Numbered from the stretch's first letter, positions 25,884-39,338 are shown. The stretch is DNA of 64,000 nucleotides from Octopus vulgaris (GCA_951406725.2 OX597817.1:159898001-159962000); one strand, 5' to 3'. The notes: generated by a model from the letters alone, not told the origin. Numbers and translations are program-made.

Positions 25884-27619
25884 CATCATCATCATCATCA
25901 TCATCGTTTAACGTCCGCTTTCCGCGCTAGCACGGGTTGGACGGTTTGACCGGGTCTGGGAAGCCAGGGGCCGCACCAGGCTCCAGTCTGAATCTGGCAG
26001 AGTTTCTACGGCTGGATGCCCTTCCTAACGCCAACCACTCCGTGAGTGGATTGGGTGCTTTTTACGTGCCACCTGCACAGGGGCCGGAGGGTCCGGCATC
26101 GTCACGATCGGTTCGAGCATTTTAACGTGTCAGCGGCACGGGGGCAACGAGGTCCGGGGTACTTTGGGGATCGGGGTACTTTGGGGATCCAGGGTACTTT
26201 GGGGATCCGGGGTACTTAGAATGGGTAGGGGGTATGTGGAATTGCTGCAGAAAGCAGCCCGGGTCTTTGTAGTCACAGCATTTATCGTCACTGAGTAACG
26301 TAATTAGGTAGAGGAAAGAAATACAGATATTCTAGAGTTGAGTTGGGGAGGGGGGTCCAGTTGAGGCGGGTAATATAGGGGAGCAACCAGTGGGAAGGTT
26401 GGGGTAAGGAGGAACGATGGCAGGAAGGGTTGGTGTAGGTTCCTAAGAAATAAAAACGTAGGATATTACGAGGCGGGAGGGTACTAAAGGGGATGGTCGG
26501 AATGAGGCAGTGTCAGGAGGAAGCGTAAGATCGGTGGGCAGTTGATGAGCTATGGCGCTAGCAGCTTGTCTTTTCACAGTGAAAGCATATGAGGAGAAGG
26601 GGTAGTGGGGGGAGGAGGAGGGAGTAGGGCATACCCGGTGTAGATGAGTAAGGCGTATCCGGTGTAGATGGTGAGAACTGGGTATACTGGTATTGGTGGT
26701 GGGGGGTGAGAACAGTGTTCACCGGTATTGGTGGTGGTGGCGGTGAGAACAGTGTTCACCGGTATTGGTGGTGGGGGTGAGAACAATGTTCATCGGTATT
26801 GGTGGTGGGGGTGGGGGGGGGCGCACCGCCACTGGCAGAAAGATGGGAAGAGATGGGATTACGGCTTGAGGCAGCCTAAGGTTAAATTTTGTAGAGAGAG
26901 AGATAGGAAAGATAAATCAAGTTATGGCGAAGGCTTGAAAGTAGCCTAAAAGGTTAAATTTTCGTAACAGTGTATGAATAAACGTAGTAACAACAAATAA
27001 AAAAAAAAAAAAAGAGTAAGATAAATTTTTAAGAACTTGCTGCGGGCATCGACCAGGAGTTGAAATTGAAGAAGAAAGTAAGTTGAATTGGGAATTTAAA
27101 TTGCAGAATCGTAATGGCGGAAAGATGGGAAGAGATGGGATTACGGCTTGAGGCAGCCTAAGGTTAAATTTTGTAGAGAGAGAGATAGGAAAGATAAATC
27201 AAGTTATGGCGAAGGCTTGAAAGTAGCCTAAAAGGTTAAATTTTCGTAACAGTGTATGAATAAACGTAGTAACAACAAATAAAAAAAGAGTAAGATAAAT
27301 TTTTAAGAACTTGCTGCGGGTATCGACCAGGAGTTGAAATTGAAGAAGAAAGTAAGTTGAATTGGGAATTTAAATTGCAGAATCGTAATGGCGGAAAGAT
27401 GGGAAGAGATGGGATTACGGCTTGAGGCAGCCTAAGGTTAAATTTTGTAGAGAGAGAGATAGGAAAGATAAATCAAGTTATGGCGAAGGCTTGAAAGTAG
27501 CCTAAAAGGTTAAATTTTCGTAACAGTGTATGAATAAACGTAGTAACAACAAATAAAAAAAGAGTAAGATAAATTTTTAAGAACTTGCTGCGGGCATCGA
27601 CCAGGAGTTGAAATTGAAA
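25884..27619 (-). mobile_element. Composite RTE-derived element with 5' tandem monomers
   Basis: Minus strand order: 274-bp array, ~35-bp repeats, C-rich block shared with 59741-59955, AVTTKTR ORF-end remnant (~26259-26279), 18-bp repeats, RTE 3' UTR, (GAT)n. Confidence 0.6.
26838..27619. repeat. Tandem array of ~274-bp units, 2.8 copies
   Basis: Units start at 26838, 27120 and 27394; differences seen are A-run length and one C/T. Confidence 0.97.
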
Positions 27620-27624
27620 TATAT

Positions 27625-27875
27625 TGTGCAGGTGGCACATAAAAAATACCATTTGAGCATGGCCGCTGCCAGCGCCACCTGACTGGCCCTCATGCCAGTG
27701 GCACATAAAAGCACTCACTACACTCTTGGAGAGGTTGGTGTTAGGAAGGGCATCCAGCTGTAGTCACTCTGCCAGATCAGATTGGAGCCTGGTGCAGCCA
27801 TCTGGTTCATCAGTCCTCAGTCAAATCGTCCAACCCATGCTAGCATGGAAAGCGAATGTTAAATGATGATGATGA

Positions 27876-27880
<5 letters not shown>
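27625..27880 (+). mobile_element. RTE LINE 3' UTR fragment
   Basis: gtgcaggtggcac units, aggaagggcatccagctgtag, (GAT)n tail. Confidence 0.85.
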
Positions 27881-27910
<30 letters not shown>

Positions 27911-28654
27911 AACTTCTTTCAATTTCCATCTTCCAAATCTACTCACAAGGCTTTGGTTAGCCTGAGGTTATGGCAGAAGACTTTTGCCTAAGGTGTCACA
28001 CAAGTGGGACTGAACCTGAAACCATGTGATTTCGGAAGTAAGCTACATCCGTGCCAATAAGCAATTACCAAAAAAACTATAGCCATTACTTAATTTGTTA
28101 AATCTGTTGATATGACCTTATAGTGTCCGTCACGCTTTTGTTAATTGTTTTAAGTGCTTTTGTATTTGTGAGCAGAAGGAGACATCCATTTGGCTCTCCC
28201 ATCCTTGACCCAGTTGAACATGTAGGAGATGACAGCTGGATAGAGTGAGAGGTGGAGTGATGGCTGCACCAGTATGACAATGGTGCATATTTTCTGCTAA
28301 GTAGATGGAGCAATGCTAAATTTAGTGTTTTGTTCATAGATACTATGCACTGTCCAGACCTGGAGTCAAAACCTTAGCTTTAAAGAAATCATAAATACTG
28401 GGGCCAATTTGTTCAACAAAAAACCTTCAAGGCTACATGACTCTAGTTCAGTGACTAAAAACAAAAAAAAAAAAACAAGATAAAAGATAAAGAATTAAAG
28501 AAAATTCCTGACCATGCACTATTCTGTTTATCCACTGTTGCCATTTGTGAAATAAGCAACATGTGGACAGCACATGAAATGCCTTGTGTTGCATTTCAGA
28601 CATCTTATATATTAATACCAAGAGATAATATTTATCCCCACTTAAATGTGGATA

Positions 28655-29165
28655 CCGTAAATCCTCAAGTATAGTCTGCCCTTGAGTATAATATGCAGGG
28701 GATTTTTAGGGGGTTGTACCTCTGAAAAACCTAAACCTCGTGTATAATACGCACCCCTTCTCTATCTTGAGTCAAGGAGGTCCATATAACGTCCTTGGTT
28801 TGTAAAAATGTATACGGTAATGCCTTTATTATTATTGTATATATAACATAATGTAAACGTGTAGCTTTTTTGTGCATTTTGTTTGCAGAAAATATAGAAA
28901 TAACAGTAATAACGTTTAATAAATGTTGCTTACTGCAAGTTATGGATGATTCTTTTATGACTTCATTGCTTTCAGGCTTAGCTTAATGTATTTTCAGGCC
29001 CGACATCCCAAAATGCATCAGAATAAAAATTGCCGGACAGCAAATAAAGACTCAGACATTGCTTAGAAAATATTTTTCATTTTTAACCTCATATATAATA
29101 CATACTAGGGATTTTAAACTTTAAATTTTGGGGAAAAAATGTGGATTATACTTGGGGATTTATGG
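28655..29165. mobile_element. Tc1/mariner-superfamily (pogo/Tc2-like) MITE
   Basis: TA-ccgtaaatcctcaagtatagtc ... gattatacttggggatttatgg-TA. Confidence 0.8.
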
Positions 29166-29764
29166 TATTCTATTAGAACCAACTTTAATGCAATAGTAAC
29201 CATGAAAGAAACTATCATTTTGGCTTTTGATGCAAAATGTACTCTTGTTTATATTGCTAATGGGGAGATAAATCCCTACGACCTACAATGCTGAGACCAC
29301 CTGATCACGTGATTTTGATCTTGTTTGGTTTTGTCATTGTCAGCAGAACATCCATGTTTAAGTGAGGATAAATATTACCTCTTTAGACATTTTATTCTCT
29401 GTCATATTCTCCATCATCATGTTTAAAGAAGAAACAAAGATCAACCTTAAAGTTTAATCTTTTTTTAATACCAACCTGCCTGTGATTGCTTCTGTTCTGT
29501 GATACAAGCTTTATGTTTTAACCCTTTGGCATTTAAACCAACCATATCCAACCTGAATATTCTACCTGTTTTAAGTTCAAACCAGCCAGGTCTGGCCTCT
29601 CATACCTACTCTACAATGTCATTCTAAAAATAGACAATCACATCATTGAAAGTTATTTTACTAAATTCGGCAGTATTTTCTAAGTTATTCAAAAGAAAGG
29701 CAGTGTATGTCAACAGAAATATGGGTTAAAGTGATTTAAATACGAGATTATACATGATTAATTT

Positions 29765-30157
29765 GAGTGGCTGTATGGTAAGTAGCTTGCTTACGAACCA
29801 CATGGTTCCAGGTTCAGTCCCACTGCATGGCACCTTGGGCAAGTGTCTTCTCGGGCTGACCAAAACTTTGTGAGTGGATTTGGTAGATGGAAACTGAAAG
29901 AAGCCCGTTGTATATATGTATATGTATAGGTGTGTGTTTGTGTATCTGTGTTTGTCCCCCCAACATCGCTTGACAACCAATGCTGGTGTGTTTTGGTCCC
30001 TGTAACTTATCAGTTCGGCAAAAGTGACCGATAGAATAAGAACTAGACTTACAAAGAATAAGTCCTGGGGTTGATTTGCTCGACTAAAGGTGGTGCTCCA
30101 GCATGGCCACAGTCAAATGACTGAAACTAGTAAAAGAGTAAAAAGAGTAAAGAGTAA
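29765..30157 (+). mobile_element. SINE family A nested in a TTAA MITE (29522-30198)
   Basis: Family A body and tail; the host MITE's ccctttggcattt and atgctaaaggg ends flank it. Confidence 0.88.
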
Positions 30158-30402
30158 ATATGCATCACATTTAACAAAGTAATCTGAATGCTAAAGGGTT
30201 GAAATGTTCTAAATTAAAATCTTCCTTCAACATATAATTTTAATTTTTATGTTCCAAAGTTATTTTACTAAATTCTGCAGTGTTTTCCAAGTTATTCGAA
30301 GCAAAGGCAGTATTCAGTCAACAGAAATATGGGTTAAAGTGATTTAAATCAAAACCTTACCTCAAAATTTCATGAGAATTTATGTTACAAACACCACCTT
30401 AA

Positions 30403-30623
30403 CCCTTTAGTGTTCAGATTACTCTGTTAAATGTAATACTTTTTCACTCAAATTGTTTTGAATTAATCATGCATTATCTTATAGCTTTGAGGTTTCAATG
30501 ATGTGAATATTTATTTTTAGAATGTCACTGTAGGTTAGGTGTGAGAGGCTAGATATGGCCAGTTTGAATATAAAACATGTAGAATATATTGGGCCGGATT
30601 TGGCCAGTTTAAACACTAAAGGG
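30403..30623. mobile_element. piggyBac-like MITE
   Basis: TTAA TSD with 12-bp TIR ccctttagtgtt / aacactaaaggg. Confidence 0.88.
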
Positions 30624-31089
30624 TTAATAATCACAAAGTTATTTAACTAAGCTCTTCGTTATTTTCCTAGTTAATTAAAACAAAGGCAGTGTATTTCTAC
30701 AGAAATATGATAACAAAACAGTTTATGATAACCTTAATGTCATTAAGATAATCAAAGTAGTCTTAAGTAGAAGTACATTAATAATAGGATATAACATCAG
30801 CTTGTTGATTTTATCACAGGTTAAGAACTTGAAATAAAGCTGTTCTTGGTTTTACTGCATGTTCTGGGATTAACAATAAAACAGTAATTAGGAAAATTCT
30901 GTGTAAAAGCAGAATGTGAAAATTTAGATAAAATACTGGATGAGTGATTTTTATTGAAGCAATCAGAGAGTATGGCTATATCTGGGTCGATGATTTAGTT
31001 GAAGCTAAAGATTTTAAAGAGAAAATGAATTTTGCTGACGTCAATTGTTTTCTCACTTGATTGGTTCATCAGATTTAAGACCATCACAA

Positions 31090-31390
31090 TCATCATCATC
31101 ATCGTTTAACGTCTGTTTTCCGTGCTAGCATGGGTTGGATGGTTCGACTGGGGTCTGGGAAGCCAGGAGGCTGCACCAGGCTCCAATCTGATCTGGCAGT
31201 GTTTCTACAGCTGGATGCCCTTCCTAACACCAACCACTCCGTGAGTGTAGTGGGTGCTTTTTACGTGCCACCGGCACAGAAGCCAGTCAAGGCAGCACTG
31301 GCATTGGCCACGTTTGGATGGTGCTTTTTATGTGCCACCGGCACAGGTATCACGACTACAATTTCCATTTGATATTTATTTTGATGTTGA
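31090..31390 (-). mobile_element. RTE LINE 3' UTR fragment
   Basis: Same family as 5488-5870. Confidence 0.85.
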
Positions 31391-32021
31391 TTATGATATT
31401 TATCATCGTCATTTTAATGTCCTCTTTCTCATACTCCCATGAGCTGGATGGAATTTGTTGAGGTAGGTTTTCTGTAAACGTGGTGCTCTTCCTGTTGCCA
31501 ACCTTCCCCTGTTTCTAAGTAAGGTAATAATTCTCCATGGCCAGACATGTTTTCATGAAAGACTGGAAATGAAGGACACTGTTTGTATGGCAGTAACACT
31601 TGTTTGCAATATCAAGAAACCATAACATACTTACAAACACACATACACATGCATACACATATATACACACACATGCACACACACACATGCACACATACAC
31701 ACACGTACAAACACATACACATGCTTGCATGCATACATACATACATACATACATACATACATACATACACACTCACATACATATACAATGGGCTTCTTTC
31801 AGCTTCTGCCTACTAAATCTGCTCTCAAAGCTTTGGTCAGTCTGGACTACAGTAGAAGATACTTGCCCAAAGTTGCTACTATTCTACTATCAGTATTTCT
31901 TGCGTATGTCACTATGAGTACTATTCTGTACTAATATACAGTGCTTGTGTTTATTTGGCAAAAAAAGAAAATGACCATCCTGAAATACAATAATATTGGT
32001 CTCAACACACTATTTCACATC

Positions 32022-32093
<72 letters not shown>

Positions 32094-32097
32094 ACAT

Positions 32098-32156
<59 letters not shown>

Positions 32157-32399
32157 GGATTATCAATCCAGGCAAAATACTTCATAAGCTCTCTGATGGC
32201 TCACCAGGTTAACAATATTACTTAGATTAGTGAAGAACTCCAGGTAATATTTTGGTAGGGTCTAAAGTTATGGTCCATCACAATTCTGTATTGTAAATCC
32301 CTGGATGGGCTCCTGATAAACAACTTTTTACAGAGTGATATATATAAGAAACAAGTTAAAAATAATGGAATTATACGTAATGACCATTAATTTTAATTT

Positions 32400-32435
<36 letters not shown>

Positions 32436-32459
32436 CTCCCTTTTAGTTATCTATATATA

Positions 32460-32496
<37 letters not shown>

Positions 32497-32501
<5 letters not shown>

Positions 32502-32836
32502 GCACATGTCTCAGTGGTCAGAGCCTTGCACTTACGACCGTGAGGTTGTGAGTTCGATTCCTGGACCAGGCTGCGTGTTATGTTCTTGAGCAAGATGCTT
32601 TATTTCAAGTTGCTCCAGTTCACTCAGCTGTAGAAATGAGTTGCAACATCACTGGTGCCAAGCTGTATCGGTTGGCCCTTGCCTTTCCCTTGGATAACAT
32701 TGGTGTCATGGAGAGGGAAGGCTGGTATTCATGGGCGACTGCTGGTCTTCCATAAAACAACCTTGCCCGGACTTGTACCTTGGAGGGTAACTTTCTAGGT
32801 GCAATCCCATGGTCATTCGTGACTGAAGGGGGTCTC
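32497..32836 (+). mobile_element. CORE-like tRNA SINE, third tail type
   Basis: tctcagtggtcag...gagttcgattcc head, cttgagcaagatgctttatttcaagttgctccagttcactcagctgtagaaatgag core; matches 54331-54669 (-). Confidence 0.88.
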
Positions 32837-32854
32837 TGTCTGATATATATATAT

Positions 32855-33110
32855 AAGAAATAATTGAAATTCAGCTGAGTTGGGTACTTAAGTTGAAGCA
32901 CCATGTCACTGCAGTATTGTCTGTTCAACTCAAAATAAGGTGAATCAAATCAAAGTAAGCAACAGGATGTCAAGAGGTGATGCAGTATGACTGTTTCAAG
33001 TGACTCTATTTAATTGAACAATGCAATCATTATATCAGTTTAAATGCAGGGCTATCCTCAGCAGCATAGTAGTACTGCATCACCTCTTGATATCCTGTTG
33101 CTTATTTTGA
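32855..33110 (-). mobile_element. Penelope-like fragment with inverted 5' arm and decayed hammerhead
   Basis: 38-bp arms 32950-32987 / 33073-33110; minus strand atgctg-CTGAGGA...GAAAcagtcaTA-ctgcat; (TA)n on both sides. Confidence 0.65.
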
Positions 33111-33619
33111 TATATATATATATATATGTGTGTGTGTATGTGTAGATACATACATACATGCATATCATCATCATCATCATCGTTTAACATCTGTTTTCCA
33201 TGCAGGCATGGGTTGGATGGTTTGACTGTGGTCTGGAAAGCCAGTGGCTGCACCTGGCTCCTGTCTGATCTGACAATGTTTCTACAGCTGGATGCCCTTC
33301 CTAACACCAATCACTCTGAAAATGTAGTGGGTGCTTTTTATGTGCCACCAGCAACAGAAGCTAGTCTGACTGACCTGGCATCAACCATGTTCGGATGGTG
33401 TTTTTTATGTACCACTGGCACGGGAGTCAGGCAGACCTGGCATCAATCATGTTCAGATGGTGCTTCTTGCATTCCACCAGCATGGGATCCAGTCAAGGGT
33501 CACTGGCTACAGCTATGATTTTGGTTTTACTTGACTCAACAGGTCTTCTCAAGCATATCATATCACCTGACATGTCAAGTGTACTCATAAATGGGCCTGA
33601 CATGCAACATGTACATACA

Positions 33620-33672
<53 letters not shown>

Positions 33673-33997
33673 GTATGTATATGTGTGTGTGGATGTGTAT
33701 ATGTACATACATATATACATACATACATGTGTGTGCATCATGTATGTATATACAAGCATATTCTTTACATTCCCCTCTCAGAGGGGAGATCCTAGTTCTG
33801 TGGGCTCATGTGCGCTGGTGATAAGTAGGAGCACTTGTGCTGGTACTATGGAAAAAGTGCCCTTGCTGGTGCCACATAAATGTGCCTGTGCCAGTGTCAC
33901 ATAAAAGCTCCCAGTACCATATTTTAAGCACCCAGCACACTCTGTAAAGTGGTTGGCATTAGGAAGATTATCCAACCATAGAAACCATACCGAAACA

Positions 33998-34143
33998 TCA
34001 TCATCATTGTTCGACCGTGGTCGAGACAATGGAATTTACCATGCTACGCCAGACTTCACGGTCCATCATAGCATTACGGAGGTCCTGTTGCTGGATGCCT
34101 GTATCCCTGGAGATTACATCAGGGTAGGAGAGTGTGCGCCCTC
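33998..34143 (-). mobile_element. Young 146-bp 3' end of an RTE-like LINE
   Basis: Minus frame RGRTLSYPDVISRDTGIQQQDLRNAMMDREVWRSMVNSIVSTTVEQ* running into (TGA)n; 10-bp TSD taccgaaaca (33988-33997 / 34144-34153). Confidence 0.85.
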
Positions 34144-35320
34144 TACCGAAACAGACAAATGAAACCTGGGCAGTTCTGCAGCTGGCCAGCTTCTGTCACA
34201 CCATCCAAGGCATACCATCATGGAGAACAGATGTTAAATGATGATGGTGATGATGATAATGATAATGATGATGATGTGTATGTGAGAGAGCACATTTTCT
34301 TTGAAGACCATTTTTACACATGCTTCAGCTACATGTGTTTCTTTCATTTGAAAATGCTTTTTTAACATTAAAATATTATCGCTTATAAACTTATAGTCTT
34401 GTGTTCTTACTGTGCAACAAACAACATATAATAAACATGCATTTATTTTCTAGTAGTAAAGATGCAGGATTTAACCTTTCCAGAAACATTTAAAAAATGT
34501 TTTCAATTAAATTTTTTTCCCCCTTAAATAAAATCCCTGTGTGTTTAGCAGGAAGTTATTTAAGATATAGTACAAATGAATAGCATTTAATAACATGCCA
34601 TACATTTATACTCTGTCACTAGTTCCAATTTGCATAAAGGCAATTAAAAATAAAGAAAATTCCTAGACAACAGAAAATTTGCAATAACAGCATCTCAGAT
34701 CACTGGCTTTGCCATTATTTGGGAAGCTTACTATGAAATGAAATGAAGCCTTACCATATAACTCTTTAATTCAACAATGTTGCTGAATAGCCCTAATTAG
34801 TTTGGCTGGGATTGACCTATAGCCTGGAGGTTGCAGATCAAAGATATCTACCATTTGGAATTTCCAACTACAGCATTCTTGTCTTTGTATAAGCATAATA
34901 TTCTAAAATTTAGGACTTAAGGCATGTTATTGGCGTATAGATGGCTGAGTCAGCTGACAAACAGACAACAAAAATCAGGAGACATTATTGGTTCGTAGCT
35001 TATTAGAGTCATTTCATTATGTCCATGGCAAATACATCTAACTCTCAACAGCTGAGTCCACTATAAGTGCGTGTGTCTGTGTGTGATATAAACATCAGTG
35101 TCATCATTTACTGTCCACTTTTCTATGCTTGCATGGTCAGCATAGAGAATTTGCTGGGTAGATTTTTCTGTGGCTGGATGCCTTTCCTGTTGCCAACCTT
35201 CACCTTTTTTTCCAAGTGAGGTAAGATTTCTCCATGACCAGACATGTTTTTCATGGAACACTCCTCACCTGTATGACAATGATGTTCATTTCCTACAATC
35301 ACTCACCACACACACACATG

Positions 35321-35354
<34 letters not shown>

Positions 35355-36215
35355 CACACACATGCACACACACACACACACACACATGCACATACACACA
35401 CACACAAACACGTACATACATACATACATATGTATGTATATATATGTATGTATATATGCATGTATGTATGCATGCATGTATGTATACTTGCATGTATGTA
35501 TATATGTATGCATGTATGTATATATGCATATATATATATGTATGTATGCACGTATGTATATATATATATACATGTATGTATGCATATATGTATATATATA
35601 TATATATATATGCATGTATGCATATATGCATGTATGTCTATATATGCATGTATAGATGTATATATATATGGATGTATGTGTGTATGTATGTATTTATTTA
35701 TGTATGTATGTATTTACCTATGTCTGTATATTTTGATCTGTACTATAAATATTCTCCAATTCAGACTGTTACCCCAAGAAGTTGATGCTTGGTTGACTAA
35801 TTGCTTATTCAGTTGTTTCATTGATCGGTAAATCAACAATTTTCCTGTTCGTAAATTTGTTTGAGAATGGATCTCATTTTGTGTGTAGTATGCTTTTCAC
35901 CGGTGAAACCACGTGGCCTGGTGTTTAGGATGTTGCACTCATGATTGTTAGATCATAGGTTTGATTCCTGGACAAGTGGTGTATTGTGTTCCTGAGAGCA
36001 AAATGTTCATTTCATGTTGTTCTGGTCCATTCAGCTGCAGATGAATAACCATGTGACAGACTGGGATCCTGAATGTTGTCATTTTGGTCACTTATTCACC
36101 ATGGAAACCGAGGAACCAGCCTTATGAGCCTTAGGATTCGAGACTGTAAAGCCTTGTCTTGGTTTCTCACTGTGGTGAAGGCGAAAGGTTATAGAAGTGT
36201 TTTATAATTTTAAAC

Positions 36216-36250
<35 letters not shown>

Positions 36251-36252
<2 letters not shown>

Positions 36253-36599
36253 CTGTTGTCATAGATGCCCTGGGAATGATAGCAAAAGGGGCTGATTGCT
36301 ACCTGACTCAGATACCAGGAAACCCCAAAATGGCAGAAATCCAAAAGATAGTGCTCATGGGAACTGCTCATATCCTACGCAAAATACTTTCTATGTAATC
36401 TCAAGTTTTAAAACAAACATAATTTTCGTATGTTTTTTTTTCTTTTTTAGACATTCACTAGTACAACACCAAATACATAACCAAATATATGGCACACTAG
36501 GCATAACAACAACATGAACTTCCAACCTGTTGTCTCTTGAGGTCTCTGGGTGAGACTTGGAGCCAACTTGTACAAATGTAAAGCAAAAGTCAAACATGG
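36251..36599 (+). mobile_element. R4/Dong-clade non-LTR retrotransposon 3' end in (TAA)n
   Basis: 36252-36398 reads PVVIDALGMIAKG...EIQKIVLMGTAHILRKILSM*, the RLE-domain C-terminus; (TAA)n on both sides. Confidence 0.88.
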
Positions 36600-36679
36600 A
36601 ATAATAATAATAATAATAATGAAATTATTGTATACAGTGCTCAGGTGCACCACAACTTGTCAAAAGTGCATATAAAGCA

Positions 36680-37092
36680 TGCAAATGCATATGGATAAGG
36701 ATAGCTGCATAAGGAAGTGGGAATCTTCAATCGTAGAGGGAACCTGTGGAAATGATAGACCCAGGAAGATGTGGGACAAAGTAGGGAAATATGATCTTTG
36801 AAAATTGAGCTTCACAGAGGTGATGACAAGTGAACGAGACATCTGGAAATTTGCTGTGCTTAAGTAGACATGTCAAACAGTGAAATCGTGGCCAGTGCTG
36901 ATGGTATGTGAAAGGCACCCATGTTGGTGACATGTAAAAGGGCACTTTTACCTGTTGCTGTTAGGAAGGGCATCTAGCCATAGAAACCAAGCCGAAATAG
37001 ATGACTGGTGCCCTGGTGTAGCTCTCTGGCTTACCGGCTCCGGTGAAATTGTCTGACCCATGCCAGCATGGAAAATGGACGTTAAATGATGG

Positions 37093-37145
<53 letters not shown>
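36680..37145 (+). mobile_element. RTE LINE ORF end plus 3' UTR
   Basis: MDKDSCIRKWESSIVEGTCGNDRPRKMWDKV...DIWKFAVLK followed by aggaagggcatc...ggacgttaaatgatg and (GAT)n. Confidence 0.85.
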
Positions 37146-37884
37146 CTGTTCTTTAAACAGAATAGAAAACTACCTTTTATGCTTGAAAGCAATCATGACA
37201 ATGGCCACGAGACTACCCAATCGATATTCAAGGTACTGTTTATGTGAATGAGAGTGTCATAATAAAGATCTTAAAAGTAATTTATTTGCAAGCTAACTAA
37301 CTAAAAAGCACTCACACCTGCTTCCACACTGCAAGGCATTTAACAGTAACCACACCCAACAACGACAATAACGACAGCAACAACATCAATATCTAGGACA
37401 ATAAAGAAAAACAAATACTATAACCCAAAACTAACAATGTATCCAGTTTCCACAGTTGATTACCTGTAGATTTTAATTCAGTGAATTCAAGCTTTATTGC
37501 AGTAACCTTTAATGAAGTTAAGAAGAAGAAAAAAAACCCCCCAAAAAAAACAACTAATTAAATAGATAATTAAATAAATAAATATATGTATAAATGAATA
37601 TAATTTATTATTCAGGCATTGAAAATAGATAGAATTTTTTTTAAAATTCTGAAATTTAGCCTCCAATTAAGTTGTTTACTCTTATTTTTGCATAGATGCG
37701 TGTGCCTGTGTGTGTCTGTGTGGCTGTGTATGTATGCATGTATGTATGTATGTGTATATATGTATGCATACGTGAGTGTATGCATGCATACACATATGTA
37801 TGTTTGCATCCAGTTGTGTATAAGTGTATGTTTGTATGCTTACACATGTATGTATGTGTATGTATGCATGTGTATATGTAAGTA

Positions 37885-37920
<36 letters not shown>

Positions 37921-38489
37921 CATGTATGTATGCTATTAAGTGTGCATATATGTATGCAGCTATGTATGTATGCATTCATGAATGCATACATGCAAGGATG
38001 CATATATGTGTCTGAATGCAAAATTATACCCCTGTGTATATTTTAGCTTGTTTTTTTTTTTTTTTTTTTTTGCTGTTTTTTTTGTTTTTTACCCACCCCG
38101 CATCATCTCCTACCTCCATCCCATCCTTTCCCACCCTCCCTCTCACTGTCCATAATTTTCAGAAGTTGATAGGAAAATCCTTTGAGACTTTCAGAAGCCA
38201 TCAATTTTCGCGATGCTGCTGCTGCTTATTTGGACAAACTCATGAAATTCGAGATTAATTTAAGTGATGCTGGGTTTATAAAACGGGGTGGGGGGAAGGG
38301 AGGGAGGGAGGGGCTGTTTCCCCCTCTCCCCTCTCCTCTCCTCTCAGTTCAGACTTAAACGAATAACAGTAATTTAGTTTCTGAACTGAAAAAAAAAAAA
38401 GGGGGTTCTAATGCTAATGTACATTGGTTCTAATTGCCATGGTTTTTAAACTCTATTAGAAAACAAAGATAGTCAAAACAAAGAAATGT

Positions 38490-38523
<34 letters not shown>

Positions 38524-38536
38524 CAGAGGCAGTAGC

Positions 38537-38583
<47 letters not shown>

Positions 38584-38595
38584 CAGAGGCAGCAA

Positions 38596-38655
<60 letters not shown>

Positions 38656-38698
38656 CAGCAGCAGCAGCAGTAGTAGCAGTAGTAGTAGTAGTAGTAGT

Positions 38699-38781
<83 letters not shown>

Positions 38782-38815
38782 CAGAGGCAGCAACAGCAGC
38801 AGTAGCAGTAGCAGC

Positions 38816-38853
<38 letters not shown>

Positions 38854-38943
38854 CAGTAGTAGCAGAGCAGCAGCAGCAGTAGCAGTAGTAGTAGTAGTAG
38901 TAGTAGTAGTAGCAGAGGCAGCAACAGCAGCAGTAGTAGCAGC

Positions 38944-38981
<38 letters not shown>

Positions 38982-39003
38982 CAGAGGCAGCAGCAGCAGT
39001 AGC

Positions 39004-39047
<44 letters not shown>

Positions 39048-39091
39048 CAGAGGCAGCAACAGCAGCAGTAGCAGTAGTAGTAGTAGTAGTA

Positions 39092-39134
<43 letters not shown>

Positions 39135-39231
39135 CAGAGGCAGCAACAGCAGCAGTAGTAGTAGCAGCAGTAGTAGTAGTAGTAGTAATAGTAGTAGTAG
39201 TAGTAGCAGCAGCAGCAGTTGCAGTAGTAGC

Positions 39232-39266
<35 letters not shown>

Positions 39267-39300
39267 CATAGGCAGCAACAGCAGCAGTAGCAGTAGCAGC

Positions 39301-39338
<38 letters not shown>

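Noticed and set aside
26689-26810. CRISPR-like ~35-bp repeats with a small hairpin
   Set aside because: No unique spacers, no cas genes, eukaryotic context.
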